Source of the DNA: an uncultured Candidatus Saccharibacteria bacterium
GTDB lineage: Bacteria > Patescibacteriota > Doudnabacteria > UBA920 > 2-01-FULL-46-14
NCBI GenBank assembly: GCA_964396685.1
Contig: CAYNFS010000003.1
Coordinates: 110 to 64,109, forward strand
DNA: 64,000 nt
Direction of reading: 5' to 3'
Below the pieces are notes generated by a model that was given only the letters and a program-made list of their open reading frames with translations, was not told where the DNA came from and made no database searches. Made by a program: the position numbers and the translations under genes. Below are positions 47,224 to 55,157 of the stretch, in pieces (positions within the stretch are counted from its first letter, which is position 1; each line of letters opens with the position of its first letter).

Positions 47224-47234
47224 AATATAAAATA

Positions 47235-47525
47235 ATGGAAAGGTTTTTTAGTGAAAGCCATTTCGGAGAAAGTGGTGATCCAGGAGAAGGCGAATATGCA
47301 CTAAGGAAGGAGCGGGAGTCTTTTGAGCTTCTTGCCAGAGTCAAATCAGATCTGGACACTACCCGTTTCACTTTAGAGGATATTCACGAAGTTGTTAGTA
47401 GGCGGTATTCACAGAGGCATCTTGAGACTTTGGCGAGTTTGGGGTTTATTGAATTCAATTCAGAAAATAGCGCTTTCGAGCTTACTCCCAAGGGATATGA
47501 TTGGGAATTAGCAGATGAGCAATGA
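47235..47525 (+). CDS. hypothetical small protein (possible winged-helix)
   Basis: 96 aa, TLEDIHEVVSRRYSQRHLETLASLGFIEF is wHTH-like. Its stop overlaps the methyltransferase start (ATGA). Confidence 0.3.
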   Translation: MERFFSESHFGESGDPGEGEYALRKERESFELLARVKSDLDTTRFTLEDIHEVVSRRYSQRHLETLASLGFIEFNSENSAFELTPKGYDWELADEQ

Positions 47526-48151
47526 ATCATAGCTCCGTCTATCAATATGTGCCCGTTGCTAATCATCCGTTTCTTACCAGATGGTACGATTTTGGCTGTT
47601 GGATTTTAGGTTTAGGCCCGAAGTTTAAAAAACAGGTTCTTGACGCCGTCGAAATTTGGGATGGAGCCACGATCTTGGACGTAGGATGCGGAACGGGAGT
47701 GCTTTTGGAATTAGCCAAGCGCAAGTTTCCGAACTCAAGAGTTATCGGGATTGATCCGGATAAGCCTGCTTTGGCTCTGGCGCGTTCCAGGACATCGCGG
47801 GCGGGGTTGGACGTAGAATTGCACGAAGCTTTTGCCGAATCTTTGCCTTTGGCTGATGAGGAGTCAGACTTTTGTTTCACAAGCTTGGCTTTGCATCATA
47901 TTCCTGGTAATTTGAAAAAGCAGGCGATTCAGGAAATGTACCGGGTTTTGAAAAAAGGCGGATGGGTAGTTGTCGCTGACCTTGGCCAAACTGACAGTCG
48001 GCTGATGAGATTTATTTTGAGTTTTGAACCCTATGCGCAAGGGAATCTTGCCGGACTGATTGAGAAGTATTTGCCGGAAGCCGGTTTTAAGAATTTAAAG
48101 CTTGTAGGACGTAAGTATCCCGGTATCAAGATTTTGGTTGGAGAAAAGTAA
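47522..48151 (+). CDS. class I SAM-dependent methyltransferase
   Basis: Motif I ILDVGCGTGVLLELA, post-I VIGIDPD, motif II/III region. Confidence 0.7.
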   Translation: MNHSSVYQYVPVANHPFLTRWYDFGCWILGLGPKFKKQVLDAVEIWDGATILDVGCGTGVLLELAKRKFPNSRVIGIDPDKPALALARSRTSRAGLDVELHEAFAESLPLADEESDFCFTSLALHHIPGNLKKQAIQEMYRVLKKGGWVVVADLGQTDSRLMRFILSFEPYAQGNLAGLIEKYLPEAGFKNLKLVGRKYPGIKILVGEK

Positions 48152-48198
48152 TTAAGGATTGTTATTCTTTTTAGGCGCCAGCCAATATTAACTAGTTT

Positions 48199-48244
48199 CT
48201 GGATTCCGTATCCCTCCCAAGGCGGGCAGGCAAGTACGGAATGA
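48199..48244. repeat. hairpin repeat CTGGATTCCGTA...TACGGAATGA
   Basis: GGAATGAC palindromic family; directly abuts the tal 5' duplicate. Confidence 0.6.
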
Positions 48245-48257
48245 TAGACTATCTGAT

Positions 48258-48362
48258 GAGGCCGACAAACTTGAAAACCAGAATTTTTTTGGATTCCGGC
48301 GATCCTGACGAGACCCGGGAGGCTTTGGGCTTGCTTGGATTTCTTGACGGGCAGACGACCAA
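48258..48362 (+). pseudogene. duplicated 5' fragment of the transaldolase gene (about 85% identical to 48870-48975)
   Basis: ATGAGGCCGACAAACTTGAAAACCAGAATTTTTTTGGATTCCGGCGATCCTGACGAGACCCGGGAGGCTTTGGGCTTGCTTGGATTTCTTGACGGGCAGACGACCAATC aligns with the genuine tal start. The reading frame hits a stop shortly after the duplicated part. Confidence 0.6.
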
Positions 48363-48417
48363 TCTTCTATTTTCGTTATGCTTTGCTTCAAATCTAAAAT
48401 TTTGCTAACATGTAAAT

Positions 48418-48663
48418 ATGCTAACTGAATTTGTTATTAAAAAATTAAAAATCGCCAAGTACAAGCTTCTTAAGGACAAAACTTATTTTGGTGAAATTCC
48501 TGGTCTACAAGGAGTGTGGGCAAACGCACGAAATTTGGAAGACTGCAGAAAACAGCTCCGGGAAGTGCTGGAGGAGTGGGTACTGCTTCGGATTCGGGAT
48601 CGTCAAAGCGTGCCCGGATTGTATATTCATGCCAATCGCCGCCAAATAGTGAAGCATGCCTAA
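48418..48663 (+). CDS. hicB: HicB-like antitoxin
   Basis: 81 aa, TYFGEIPGLQGVWANARNLEDCRKQLREVLEEWV fits the HicB N-domain. Overlaps hicA by 8 nt. Confidence 0.55.
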   Translation: MLTEFVIKKLKIAKYKLLKDKTYFGEIPGLQGVWANARNLEDCRKQLREVLEEWVLLRIRDRQSVPGLYIHANRRQIVKHA

Positions 48664-48868
48664 AAGTATTTCTTGGAGAAAGTTAGTGCAAAAGTTTAGG
48701 CGTTTGGGTTTTGACGGACCGTATTCTGGCGGCCGTCATTTGTTTATGATTAAGGGAACCTTAAAGCTTCACATCCCGAATCCGCATCGCGGCAATATTT
48801 CTAAACACCTCCTTGCAGAGATTTTGAGACAAGCCGGTATTCCTTCTGCGGACTGGGAACAAGCGTAA
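48656..48868 (+). CDS. hicA: HicA-family toxin
   Basis: 70 aa, WRKLVQKFRRLGFDGPYSGGRHLFMIKG...IPNPHRGNISKHLLAEILRQAGI is the HicA/YcfA pattern. Confidence 0.7.
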   Translation: MPKSISWRKLVQKFRRLGFDGPYSGGRHLFMIKGTLKLHIPNPHRGNISKHLLAEILRQAGIPSADWEQA

Positions 48869-48869
48869 T

Positions 48870-49799
48870 ATGAGACCAGCAAATCTCAAAACCAGAATTT
48901 TTCTTGATTCAGGCGATCCTGACGAGACCCGGGAGGCTTTGGGCTTGCTTGGATTTTTTGACGGGCAGACGACCAATCCGAGCTTGATTGCCAAAAATCC
49001 GGAAACGGCCGGGAAGAAATTTACTCGCGAGGAGATTTTGGATTTTTACAAAAAAGTCGTGCAAGAGATTTCGGGTTTGATTCCCGAAGGCTCGGTTTCG
49101 ATAGAGGTTTATGCGGATTTCTCGACACCCGGCCTTCCTACCCCCTCTTCATCTCCCCCATCGCATGGGGGAGAAAAAAGATTGTCCATGCTCGAACAGG
49201 CGAGGGGGATGTTTCATTGGATTCCGAATGGTCATATCAAATTTCCAACCACGACAGAAGGGCTTAAGGCGGCAGAGCAAGCGGTCAAGGAAGGCATGGG
49301 AGTCAACATGACTCTGTGTTTTTCGCAGGAACAGGCGGCCGCGGTTTATGCTGCAACCAGAGGGGCCCAGAGAGGGCAAGTTTTTGTCTCGCCATTTGTG
49401 GGGAGGCTGGATGACCGAGGCGAGCGGGGGATGGATTTGATCGCGAATATTATTAAGATGTATAAACAGGGAGACGGACATGTGGAGGTGCTCACGGCGA
49501 GTGTGAGGAACATTGAGCATGTTTTGGAAGCGCTGCGATTAGGGTCGGATATTATTACGATGCCATTGGGGGTGCTCGAAAACTCCAAATCACAAATAAC
49601 AAATCCCAAACAAATCCCAAATTTTCCGCCCAAGGCGGATCCACCCCTGGCGGACAAATTCCAAATTCAAAACTTGAAGCCAATAGATTATAAAGAGCTT
49701 GATTTAGATAAATCCTGGCAGGAGTATGATATCGGGCATGAGCTGACGGACATCGGAATGGAGAAGTTTTCCGAGGATTGGAACCGATTAATAAAGTGA
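48870..49799 (+). CDS. tal: transaldolase / fructose-6-phosphate aldolase family, with in-frame insertions
   Basis: IFLDSGDPDETREALGLLGFFDGQTTNPSLIAKN and FVSPFVGRLDD (Schiff-base Lys region). At 309 aa it is about 90 aa longer than typical short-form Tal/FSA. Insert sequences PTPSSSPPSHGGEKRLS and SKSQITNPKQIPNFPPKADPP. Confidence 0.85.
   Translation: MRPANLKTRIFLDSGDPDETREALGLLGFFDGQTTNPSLIAKNPETAGKKFTREEILDFYKKVVQEISGLIPEGSVSIEVYADFSTPGLPTPSSSPPSHGGEKRLSMLEQARGMFHWIPNGHIKFPTTTEGLKAAEQAVKEGMGVNMTLCFSQEQAAAVYAATRGAQRGQVFVSPFVGRLDDRGERGMDLIANIIKMYKQGDGHVEVLTASVRNIEHVLEALRLGSDIITMPLGVLENSKSQITNPKQIPNFPPKADPPLADKFQIQNLKPIDYKELDLDKSWQEYDIGHELTDIGMEKFSEDWNRLIK
49150..49172. repeat. palindromic element TCTCCCCCATCGCATGGGGGAGA inside tal
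   Basis: CTCCCCC/GGGGGAG inverted repeat, in frame. Sister of 18774-18798. Confidence 0.6.
49581..49668. repeat. CAAAT-rich tandem repeats and a CCGCC...GGCGG hairpin inside tal
   Basis: CACAAATAACAAATCCCAAACAAATCCCAAATTTTCCGCCCAAGGCGGATCC...CCAAATTCCAAATTCAAAAC. Same CAAATCCCAA unit as in tkt at 42892. Confidence 0.6.
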
Positions 49800-49831
49800 G
49801 TAAGCAAGTAGGTGTGTAAGTTGTAAGAAAA

Positions 49832-50188
49832 ATGCTAATAAAAACGTTTCGTGATTTGATTGCCTGGCAGAAAGCTCATAATCTTACTCTAGGAGTCTAT
49901 AAAATAACTGATAAATTTCCCAAAACCGAGACATTTGGTTTAACTAGTCAGATGCGTCGTTGCGCTGTTTCTGTGCCTTCTAATATCGCAGAGGGGTTTA
50001 AGCGAAGAACAAAAAATGATTCGGTTCATTTCTACAACATTGCCGAGGGAGCATTAGAAGAATTAAAGTATCAATTGCTGCTTGCGAGAGACCTAGGCTA
50101 TATTTCAGATAAAGAATATCGCTCGTTGAATGATTTAGCCGATGAAGTAGGCAAACTCACCAACGGTTGGAAGCGGGTACAAAAATAA
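49832..50188 (+). CDS. avd: four-helix-bundle protein of the 23S-rRNA-intervening-sequence / Avd family (DGR accessory variability determinant-like)
   Basis: 118 aa, WQKAHNLTLGVYKITDKFPKTETFGLTSQMRRCAVSVPSNIAEGFKRRT...FYNIAEGALEEL, the TIGR02436/PF05635 pattern to which DGR Avd proteins belong. Confidence 0.7.
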   Translation: MLIKTFRDLIAWQKAHNLTLGVYKITDKFPKTETFGLTSQMRRCAVSVPSNIAEGFKRRTKNDSVHFYNIAEGALEELKYQLLLARDLGYISDKEYRSLNDLADEVGKLTNGWKRVQK

Positions 50189-50357
50189 CTTATCAACTTA
50201 TACGCTTTACACGCTTACGAACTTACTCATTGGGCCCAACTGGCTCTTGATTTTTTTATGCGCTTCTGTTAGATTAAGCTATCTTTGCTGAAGTTTCTGG
50301 CAGAGAACCCGGCCACGGGCAGTGGCGATTCCATGTGGCGATTAGCCACAAAAAGGA

Positions 50358-51388
50358 GGAACACCGTGAGACACGGAAACGTTAAGATCATGCAGGTACA
50401 CGCCGTTCTGGACAGACTGAACGGCGAAACGGGAGTTGAAGCCATTCTGGCAGGCTCGGAAATTGAGCCGGTGAAGTATGGCGACGGTACGCTCGGGCAG
50501 TATGAGGAATTCCGCAACAAACTGCCTGAAGGGGTCTGGGAAGGCGTTCTGGCTGATCAGTTGGAGTTGGTTATGGAGGGGCCAACCAAAGTCGTTGTTC
50601 GCACAAAAGAACAACTCCTGGTGGACACCGACGGCCGGTTCGTTTTCCGAAACATCAGGCAGGTTGGCCAGCCGAACTGGGCCTATGGTTTTGGGCGGGC
50701 CATTCACCCAAGCTATACCGAAGCGTTGGAGCGCTTGGAGCACGCATTCCAGCGCAGAATTGGTGTCTCGGCCGCGGACTTTGAGAGACGCGCCGAGAGC
50801 AAGAAAGCGGAGATAGTCAACAACCCGCTTTTCGTCAACCTCTTCCTAGGCCAGCACGCCAGGCCCTTTGCCATCGCTCTGCCACAGATGACTGTTCCCG
50901 AAAAGGGAGGGCTTGGCGAGCTGCTGGCGCGCACCATCATCCGGGCTGCGAAGCTGGGCTATGTCCGGCAGTATCCCGAGCGGCAGTTTAAAGACCATAG
51001 CGATACGTTGATCGGGGAAGTCGAAAGCTTCCCTGGCAGTCGGCAGGAGCGATTCATCGAGGCGCTTCGGCAGGGGCCAGTCGTGGCTTGGATCTTCATG
51101 AACTGCCTGCAGGGAGGGTCGATCAACGCGGCCAGAGAGCTCATCAAGACTCTCCCCGAGGAGTATATGCTCGGCGGTACTTTGGTCAATGCCCCAGTGG
51201 TCGCCGCTTATCCAGAGATCGCGGCCGCGAGCGTGAGGAATCCGCTGTATTTCTGCGCGGCTGATGTTTTCCGGCGCGGCTTTTCGCTCTACCTCCTTCC
51301 GCACGGCGGCAGCGTCGGCTTCGATGGCTGGGCCGTCCTTGGCGACTGCGACGGCCATTGCTCTGCCTCCGTCGCCGTGCTCGCGTAG
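50358..51388 (+). CDS. GC-rich hypothetical protein (likely foreign), between avd and the RT relic
   Basis: About 62% GC against roughly 45-50% in the flanks. The start is ambiguous: GTG at 50358 after RBS AAGGAGG, whereas the track ORF begins at 50285. No motif recognised and no DGR variable-region signature at its C-terminus. Confidence 0.4.
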
Positions 51389-51870
51389 GCCTTTGATCCC
51401 TTGGGAAGTTGGTTCTTTTGGATCCTTTGTTTTTTGGGATTCTTTAAGACCAATTCCCCCGGGGTTATTTTTTATGATATAATTTTGGGCAGAGAGTAGG
51501 TTAAAGCGGATTGGTTCAAGGATCAATCCCGCCGAAATCGGTGTGAGTTTGATTTACCAGAATTTTTGTGATCACGGTTACAAAAAGCGCGTAAAAAACT
51601 TAAAGGCACTACTTGTCTGTTTCTAATGCCTGACTAAATTGGGGCAGGGAGCGGTATCAGCCGCCGAGCTGTTGGCCGATTTCCTGAAGGTGCGTTTGGA
51701 GAAGAAGATATTTTTTGTTATCCAGACACCTCAAATCTCTGGCAATTCTAACGAATATTTTCTGAGCGTCCAGTTTTATACTTGCTCGTTTGAAAACAAA
51801 ATCAAAAATAGCCGGTTTTTATGGCTGATTGAAGAAATTATTGAAAATTTTTCTGTGGATAAAATCGGAC

Positions 51871-51880
51871 AGCGGGGGGG
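51871..51880. repeat. G10 homopolymer at the frame switch inside the RT
   Basis: CAGCGGGGGGGGGGCTTT. The RT reading frame shifts exactly here. Confidence 0.8.
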
Positions 51881-51939
51881 GGGCTTTATATGGATTGCCA
51901 ATCGGCAATTTAACCTCGCAAATATTCGCAAACATTTAT

Positions 51940-52160
51940 CCGCCTCCGCCGAATACCACGGGGTTACCCGTGGATGAAGGCGGAAGGCGTAAAGCACGTA
52001 AGCTAAAGCATAAGTCAAGCTTCGGCGGATGTAGCAACGACAGCCCAGGCGGATAAACCCGCCTTAGCTTTAGGGAAGGCGGGTATGGAGGGTACCACGG
52101 CTTCCCGGCCGTCGTAGCCATAGGCCACTATGGCGGAGTCGGCTAGCCGTGGGGCTCCAT
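51940..52160 (+). mobile_element. 221-nt insertion splitting RT motif 4 from motif 5. Contains copy B of the conserved structured element (core 51935-52066)
   Basis: Removing 51940-52160 joins ...SQIFANIY to LNELDQFV..., the contiguous DGR-RT consensus. The insertion starts TTATCCGCCTCC and contains GGCGGATAAA, like copy A at 33549-33683. Confidence 0.6.
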
Positions 52161-52578
52161 TTGAATGAATTAGACCAGTTTGTAAAACACCAGCTTCGAG
52201 TAAAATATTACTTTCGCCATGCTGATGATTTTGTTATAGTTCATAGTGACGACACTCATTTGCAGGGCCCAACCTGCTCAATTCAGAGGTTTTTGAAAGA
52301 CGATCTTGATCTGGGGCTGCATCCTAAAAAAATCGTCATCAGAAGACTCCACCAAGGCATAGATTTTTTGGGTTATGTTATTTTACCTCATCATATCGTA
52401 TTGAGGACGAAAACCAAAAGAAGAACATTTAGAAAACTTTTTGAAAAAAGAGGAATGCTCGAAAGGGATAAGATAAGTTTTGAGAGTTATAATCAATCAA
52501 TACAGTCTTATTTGGGCATGTTGGAGCATTCAAATGGATATAATTTGAGTAATATAATTCAGAATAATTTTTCAGGAG

Positions 52579-52606
52579 CTGGATTCCCGCTTCCACGGGA
52601 ATGACA
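52579..52606. repeat. hairpin repeat CTGGATTCCCGCTTCCACGGGAATGACA at the RT 3' end
   Basis: GGAATGAC palindromic family. Supplies the terminal codons (GFPLPRE) and the stop of the RT ORF. Confidence 0.6.
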
Positions 52607-52618
52607 GGATTAATTATT

Positions 52619-53575
52619 ATGATGCGCGATGCGATTCTGAATTTTCCAAAACAATTTAAATACCGGCCCAAGATCGAGAATGGGCCGGTGAAGAAGTATA
52701 AGCGCTATGTAGTGGCTGGCATGGGCGGCTCGCATCTGGCGGCGGATATTTTGAAAAGTCTTAAGCCGGATTTGGATCTGACAGTGCATATGGACTACGG
52801 ATTGCCGGAAAAAGATTTGCAAAAAACCCTTGTAATCGCGAGTTCCTATTCGGGCAATACCGAAGAAACGATTGACGCTTTTGAGCAGGCAAGAAACAAG
52901 GGCTCGGCGTTGGCGGCGGTTGCTTCCGGAGGGAAGCTCATTGAGTTAGCCGTTCAGCACAAGGTGCCCTATATCCTGTTGCCGCAGGCAGTAAGCGAGC
53001 CGCGCATGGCTTTGGGTTTGAGCCTTAGAGCTCTTCTTAAACTTACCAAGCAGAACGAGTTTTTGAAGGAGTCGGCTCTGCTTATCAAAATTTTAAAGCC
53101 GCAAGAACTTGAGCTTCAAGGCCGGGCGCTGGCGGAAAAGATAAAAGGCAAGGTGCCGGTTATTTATGCTTCCGCGCGCAACGAGGCCGTTGCTTACAAT
53201 TGGAAAATCAAATTCAACGAGACCGGGAAAATTCCAGCTTTCTGCAACGTCCTGCCCGAGCTCAATCACAATGAAATAAATGGATTCGATATTAAGGAGG
53301 CGACTAAATCTTTGGGCACTTGGGCCCACTTTATTTTCCTCAAAGATTCTGAAGATCACCCCAGAAACCAGAAGCGAATGGAGATTACCGCCAAACTTTA
53401 TCAGGAGCGCGGGCTGCCGGTAGAAGTTATCGAGCTTTCCGGAGACTCAAGACTTGAACAAATTTTCAAATCCCTCCTGCTAGCGGACTGGACAGCCATA
53501 TATACAGCACAAAATTACGGGCTCAAACCCGAAGGCCAGCCCATGGTGGATGAGTTTAAGAAGCTAATTATCTAG
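52619..53575 (+). CDS. bifunctional phosphoglucose/phosphomannose isomerase (SIS-domain PGI/PMI family)
   Basis: YVVAGMGGSHLAADIL, LVIASSYSGNTEET and a C-terminal region typical of archaeal-type PGI/PMI. Confidence 0.75.
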   Translation: MMRDAILNFPKQFKYRPKIENGPVKKYKRYVVAGMGGSHLAADILKSLKPDLDLTVHMDYGLPEKDLQKTLVIASSYSGNTEETIDAFEQARNKGSALAAVASGGKLIELAVQHKVPYILLPQAVSEPRMALGLSLRALLKLTKQNEFLKESALLIKILKPQELELQGRALAEKIKGKVPVIYASARNEAVAYNWKIKFNETGKIPAFCNVLPELNHNEINGFDIKEATKSLGTWAHFIFLKDSEDHPRNQKRMEITAKLYQERGLPVEVIELSGDSRLEQIFKSLLLADWTAIYTAQNYGLKPEGQPMVDEFKKLII

Positions 53576-53608
53576 GAGTAAGCTGTAAGTATTAAGCAAT
53601 AAGTTTAG

Positions 53609-55144
53609 ATGAGGAAATTCTTTACAGTCTTTTTGGGATTGCCGCTCGTGATCGTCGCGATTGTTTTGACCGTGGTTTTTCTTCCCAGACTGGCGGGGCT
53701 GATGCGCGGGGTCCGGCCCGCCATAACTCCGCCGCCGCAGGATATCACGAGCCCTTCTTTCAATACCACGGGCCTGCCTTTGAGTTTGCCGCCGGGTTTC
53801 TCCATTGAAATTTTTGCGAAAGATTTGCCGGGGGCTAGGGTAATGCTGCAAGTTGGACGTGAGATGTATGTAAGTCAAACGAGCGAAGGAAAAATTACTC
53901 TTTTAACTTTGAAGGACGGCGAGGTGGCAGATGGTGAAGTTTGGTTAAAGAATTTGAATAAACCACACGGATTGGCTATCAGCGGTGATGATTTGTATTA
54001 CGCTGAAGAAGATAAAATTACTAGAGTCAGATTGTATACTTCACAGCAGCCGATTAAAATTGCCGATCTGCCTTCAGGCGGCGGACATTTCACGAGAACA
54101 ATTGTTTTTGGCTCGGATGAGAGGCTTTATGTCTCCATCGGCTCTTCGTGCAATATTTGCATTGAAAAGGACGCCAGAAGGGCGGCAATTTATTCGATGA
54201 ATAAAGACGGCTCGGATTTCAGGTCTTATGCAACAGGTCTTCGCAACGCCGTATTTTTTACATGGAGCTACATTGACGGCAGGATGTGGGCTACGGAGAT
54301 GGGCCGCGACTGGCTTGGCGATGATCTGCCGCCGGATGAGATTAATGTAATTGAGGAAGGTAAAGATTATGGTTGGCCGTATTGTTATACGAGGAATATT
54401 GCTGATCCCACTTTTGCAAAAAGTTTTGATGATTGTAGCGGCAAAGAAGGGAATATCATTGATATACCGGCGCATTCGGCGCCGTTGGGGCTGGCCTTTA
54501 TCCCCGAGGAAGCCCCGCACCAATCCTCGCCCGGCTCGGATGGTGCGGGGTATAGCTGGCCTGACGGTTATCAGCACGACCTACTCGTAGCATTCCATGG
54601 CTCTTGGAATCGAAGCGAGCCAACGGGTTATAAAGTTGTGAGAATCAAGCTCGATAATGAGGGCAATTATCAAGGCACGGAAGATTTTATCACCGGCTGG
54701 CTCACCCCGGAAGGCGCTTTGGGCAGGCCAGTTGACCTGTTGATTCAGCCCGGAGGAGTCATGTATATCTCGGATGATAAAGCGGGGGTGATTTACAAAG
54801 TTACGTATCAAGGGAAAGAAAGCGAAGATCTGGTTCACGTTGATGTGCCGGTCCCCAACAGCATTGTTCAGAGCCCGTTAGTCGTTCGCGGAGAAGCCAG
54901 AGGCAACTGGTATTTTGAAGCCAGCTTTCCCCTCAAACTTTCGGACGCCAATGGCAATAAAATCGCGGAGGGCTTTGCCCAAGCGCAAGGCGAATGGATG
55001 ACCGAGGACTTTGTGCCATTTGAGGGCAAATTGGAATTCGCCCCGCCGATAACAGACACCGGCTTTTTGATTTTGGAAAAAGATAATCCATCCGGCTTGC
55101 CGGAGCACGCGGCTGAGATTCGCGTTCCAGTAAAATTTTACTAA
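53609..55144 (+). CDS. PQQ-dependent sugar (glucose/sorbosone) dehydrogenase-like beta-propeller protein with a C-terminal Ig-like domain
   Basis: N-terminal TM, KPHGLAI, GSSCNICIE, GWPYCY...HSAPLGLAF and WNRSEPTGYKVVRI..PGGVMYISDD resemble soluble aldose dehydrogenase (Asd/YliI). Extra C-terminal domain of about 120 aa. Confidence 0.65.
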   Translation: MRKFFTVFLGLPLVIVAIVLTVVFLPRLAGLMRGVRPAITPPPQDITSPSFNTTGLPLSLPPGFSIEIFAKDLPGARVMLQVGREMYVSQTSEGKITLLTLKDGEVADGEVWLKNLNKPHGLAISGDDLYYAEEDKITRVRLYTSQQPIKIADLPSGGGHFTRTIVFGSDERLYVSIGSSCNICIEKDARRAAIYSMNKDGSDFRSYATGLRNAVFFTWSYIDGRMWATEMGRDWLGDDLPPDEINVIEEGKDYGWPYCYTRNIADPTFAKSFDDCSGKEGNIIDIPAHSAPLGLAFIPEEAPHQSSPGSDGAGYSWPDGYQHDLLVAFHGSWNRSEPTGYKVVRIKLDNEGNYQGTEDFITGWLTPEGALGRPVDLLIQPGGVMYISDDKAGVIYKVTYQGKESEDLVHVDVPVPNSIVQSPLVVRGEARGNWYFEASFPLKLSDANGNKIAEGFAQAQGEWMTEDFVPFEGKLEFAPPITDTGFLILEKDNPSGLPEHAAEIRVPVKFY

Positions 55145-55157
55145 AACGAGAAAAAAT

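Larger units (their letters stand above)
51639..52606 (+). pseudogene. DGR-type reverse transcriptase, disrupted by a frameshift at G10, a 221-nt insertion, and degenerate N-terminal motifs
   Basis: Three frames carry RT pieces: ...FLWLIEEIIENFSVDKIGQRGG / GALYGLPIGNLTSQIFANIY / LNELDQFVKHQLRVKYYFRHADDFVIVHSDD...GLHPKKIVIRRLHQGIDFLGYVI. The SQ after IGxxx (motif 4) is DGR-specific. ADDFV is motif 5 (YxDD). HPKKI...FLGY is the thumb region. Confidence 0.65.

Noticed and set aside
50285-50357. Track start of the GC-rich gene at 50285
   Set aside because: A GTG at 50358 preceded by AAGGAGG is a better start. Left flagged as ambiguous.
51250-52150. 8-nt match GGCCGTCG between the 3' end of the GC-rich gene and the RT insertion, as a possible VR/TR
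   Set aside because: Similarity decays to random immediately outside the 8-mer, so it is a chance match.
33549-52160. Copies A and B of the structured element as a DGR template/variable repeat pair
   Set aside because: Their differences are not restricted to adenine positions, they are only about 75% identical, and neither lies at the 3' end of a plausible target ORF.
51940-52160. Canonical group I intron call for the RT insertion
   Set aside because: The 5' exon does end in T, but the inferred 3' boundary does not end in G, and no P1/P7 elements could be recognised by eye. Kept only as one hypothesis.
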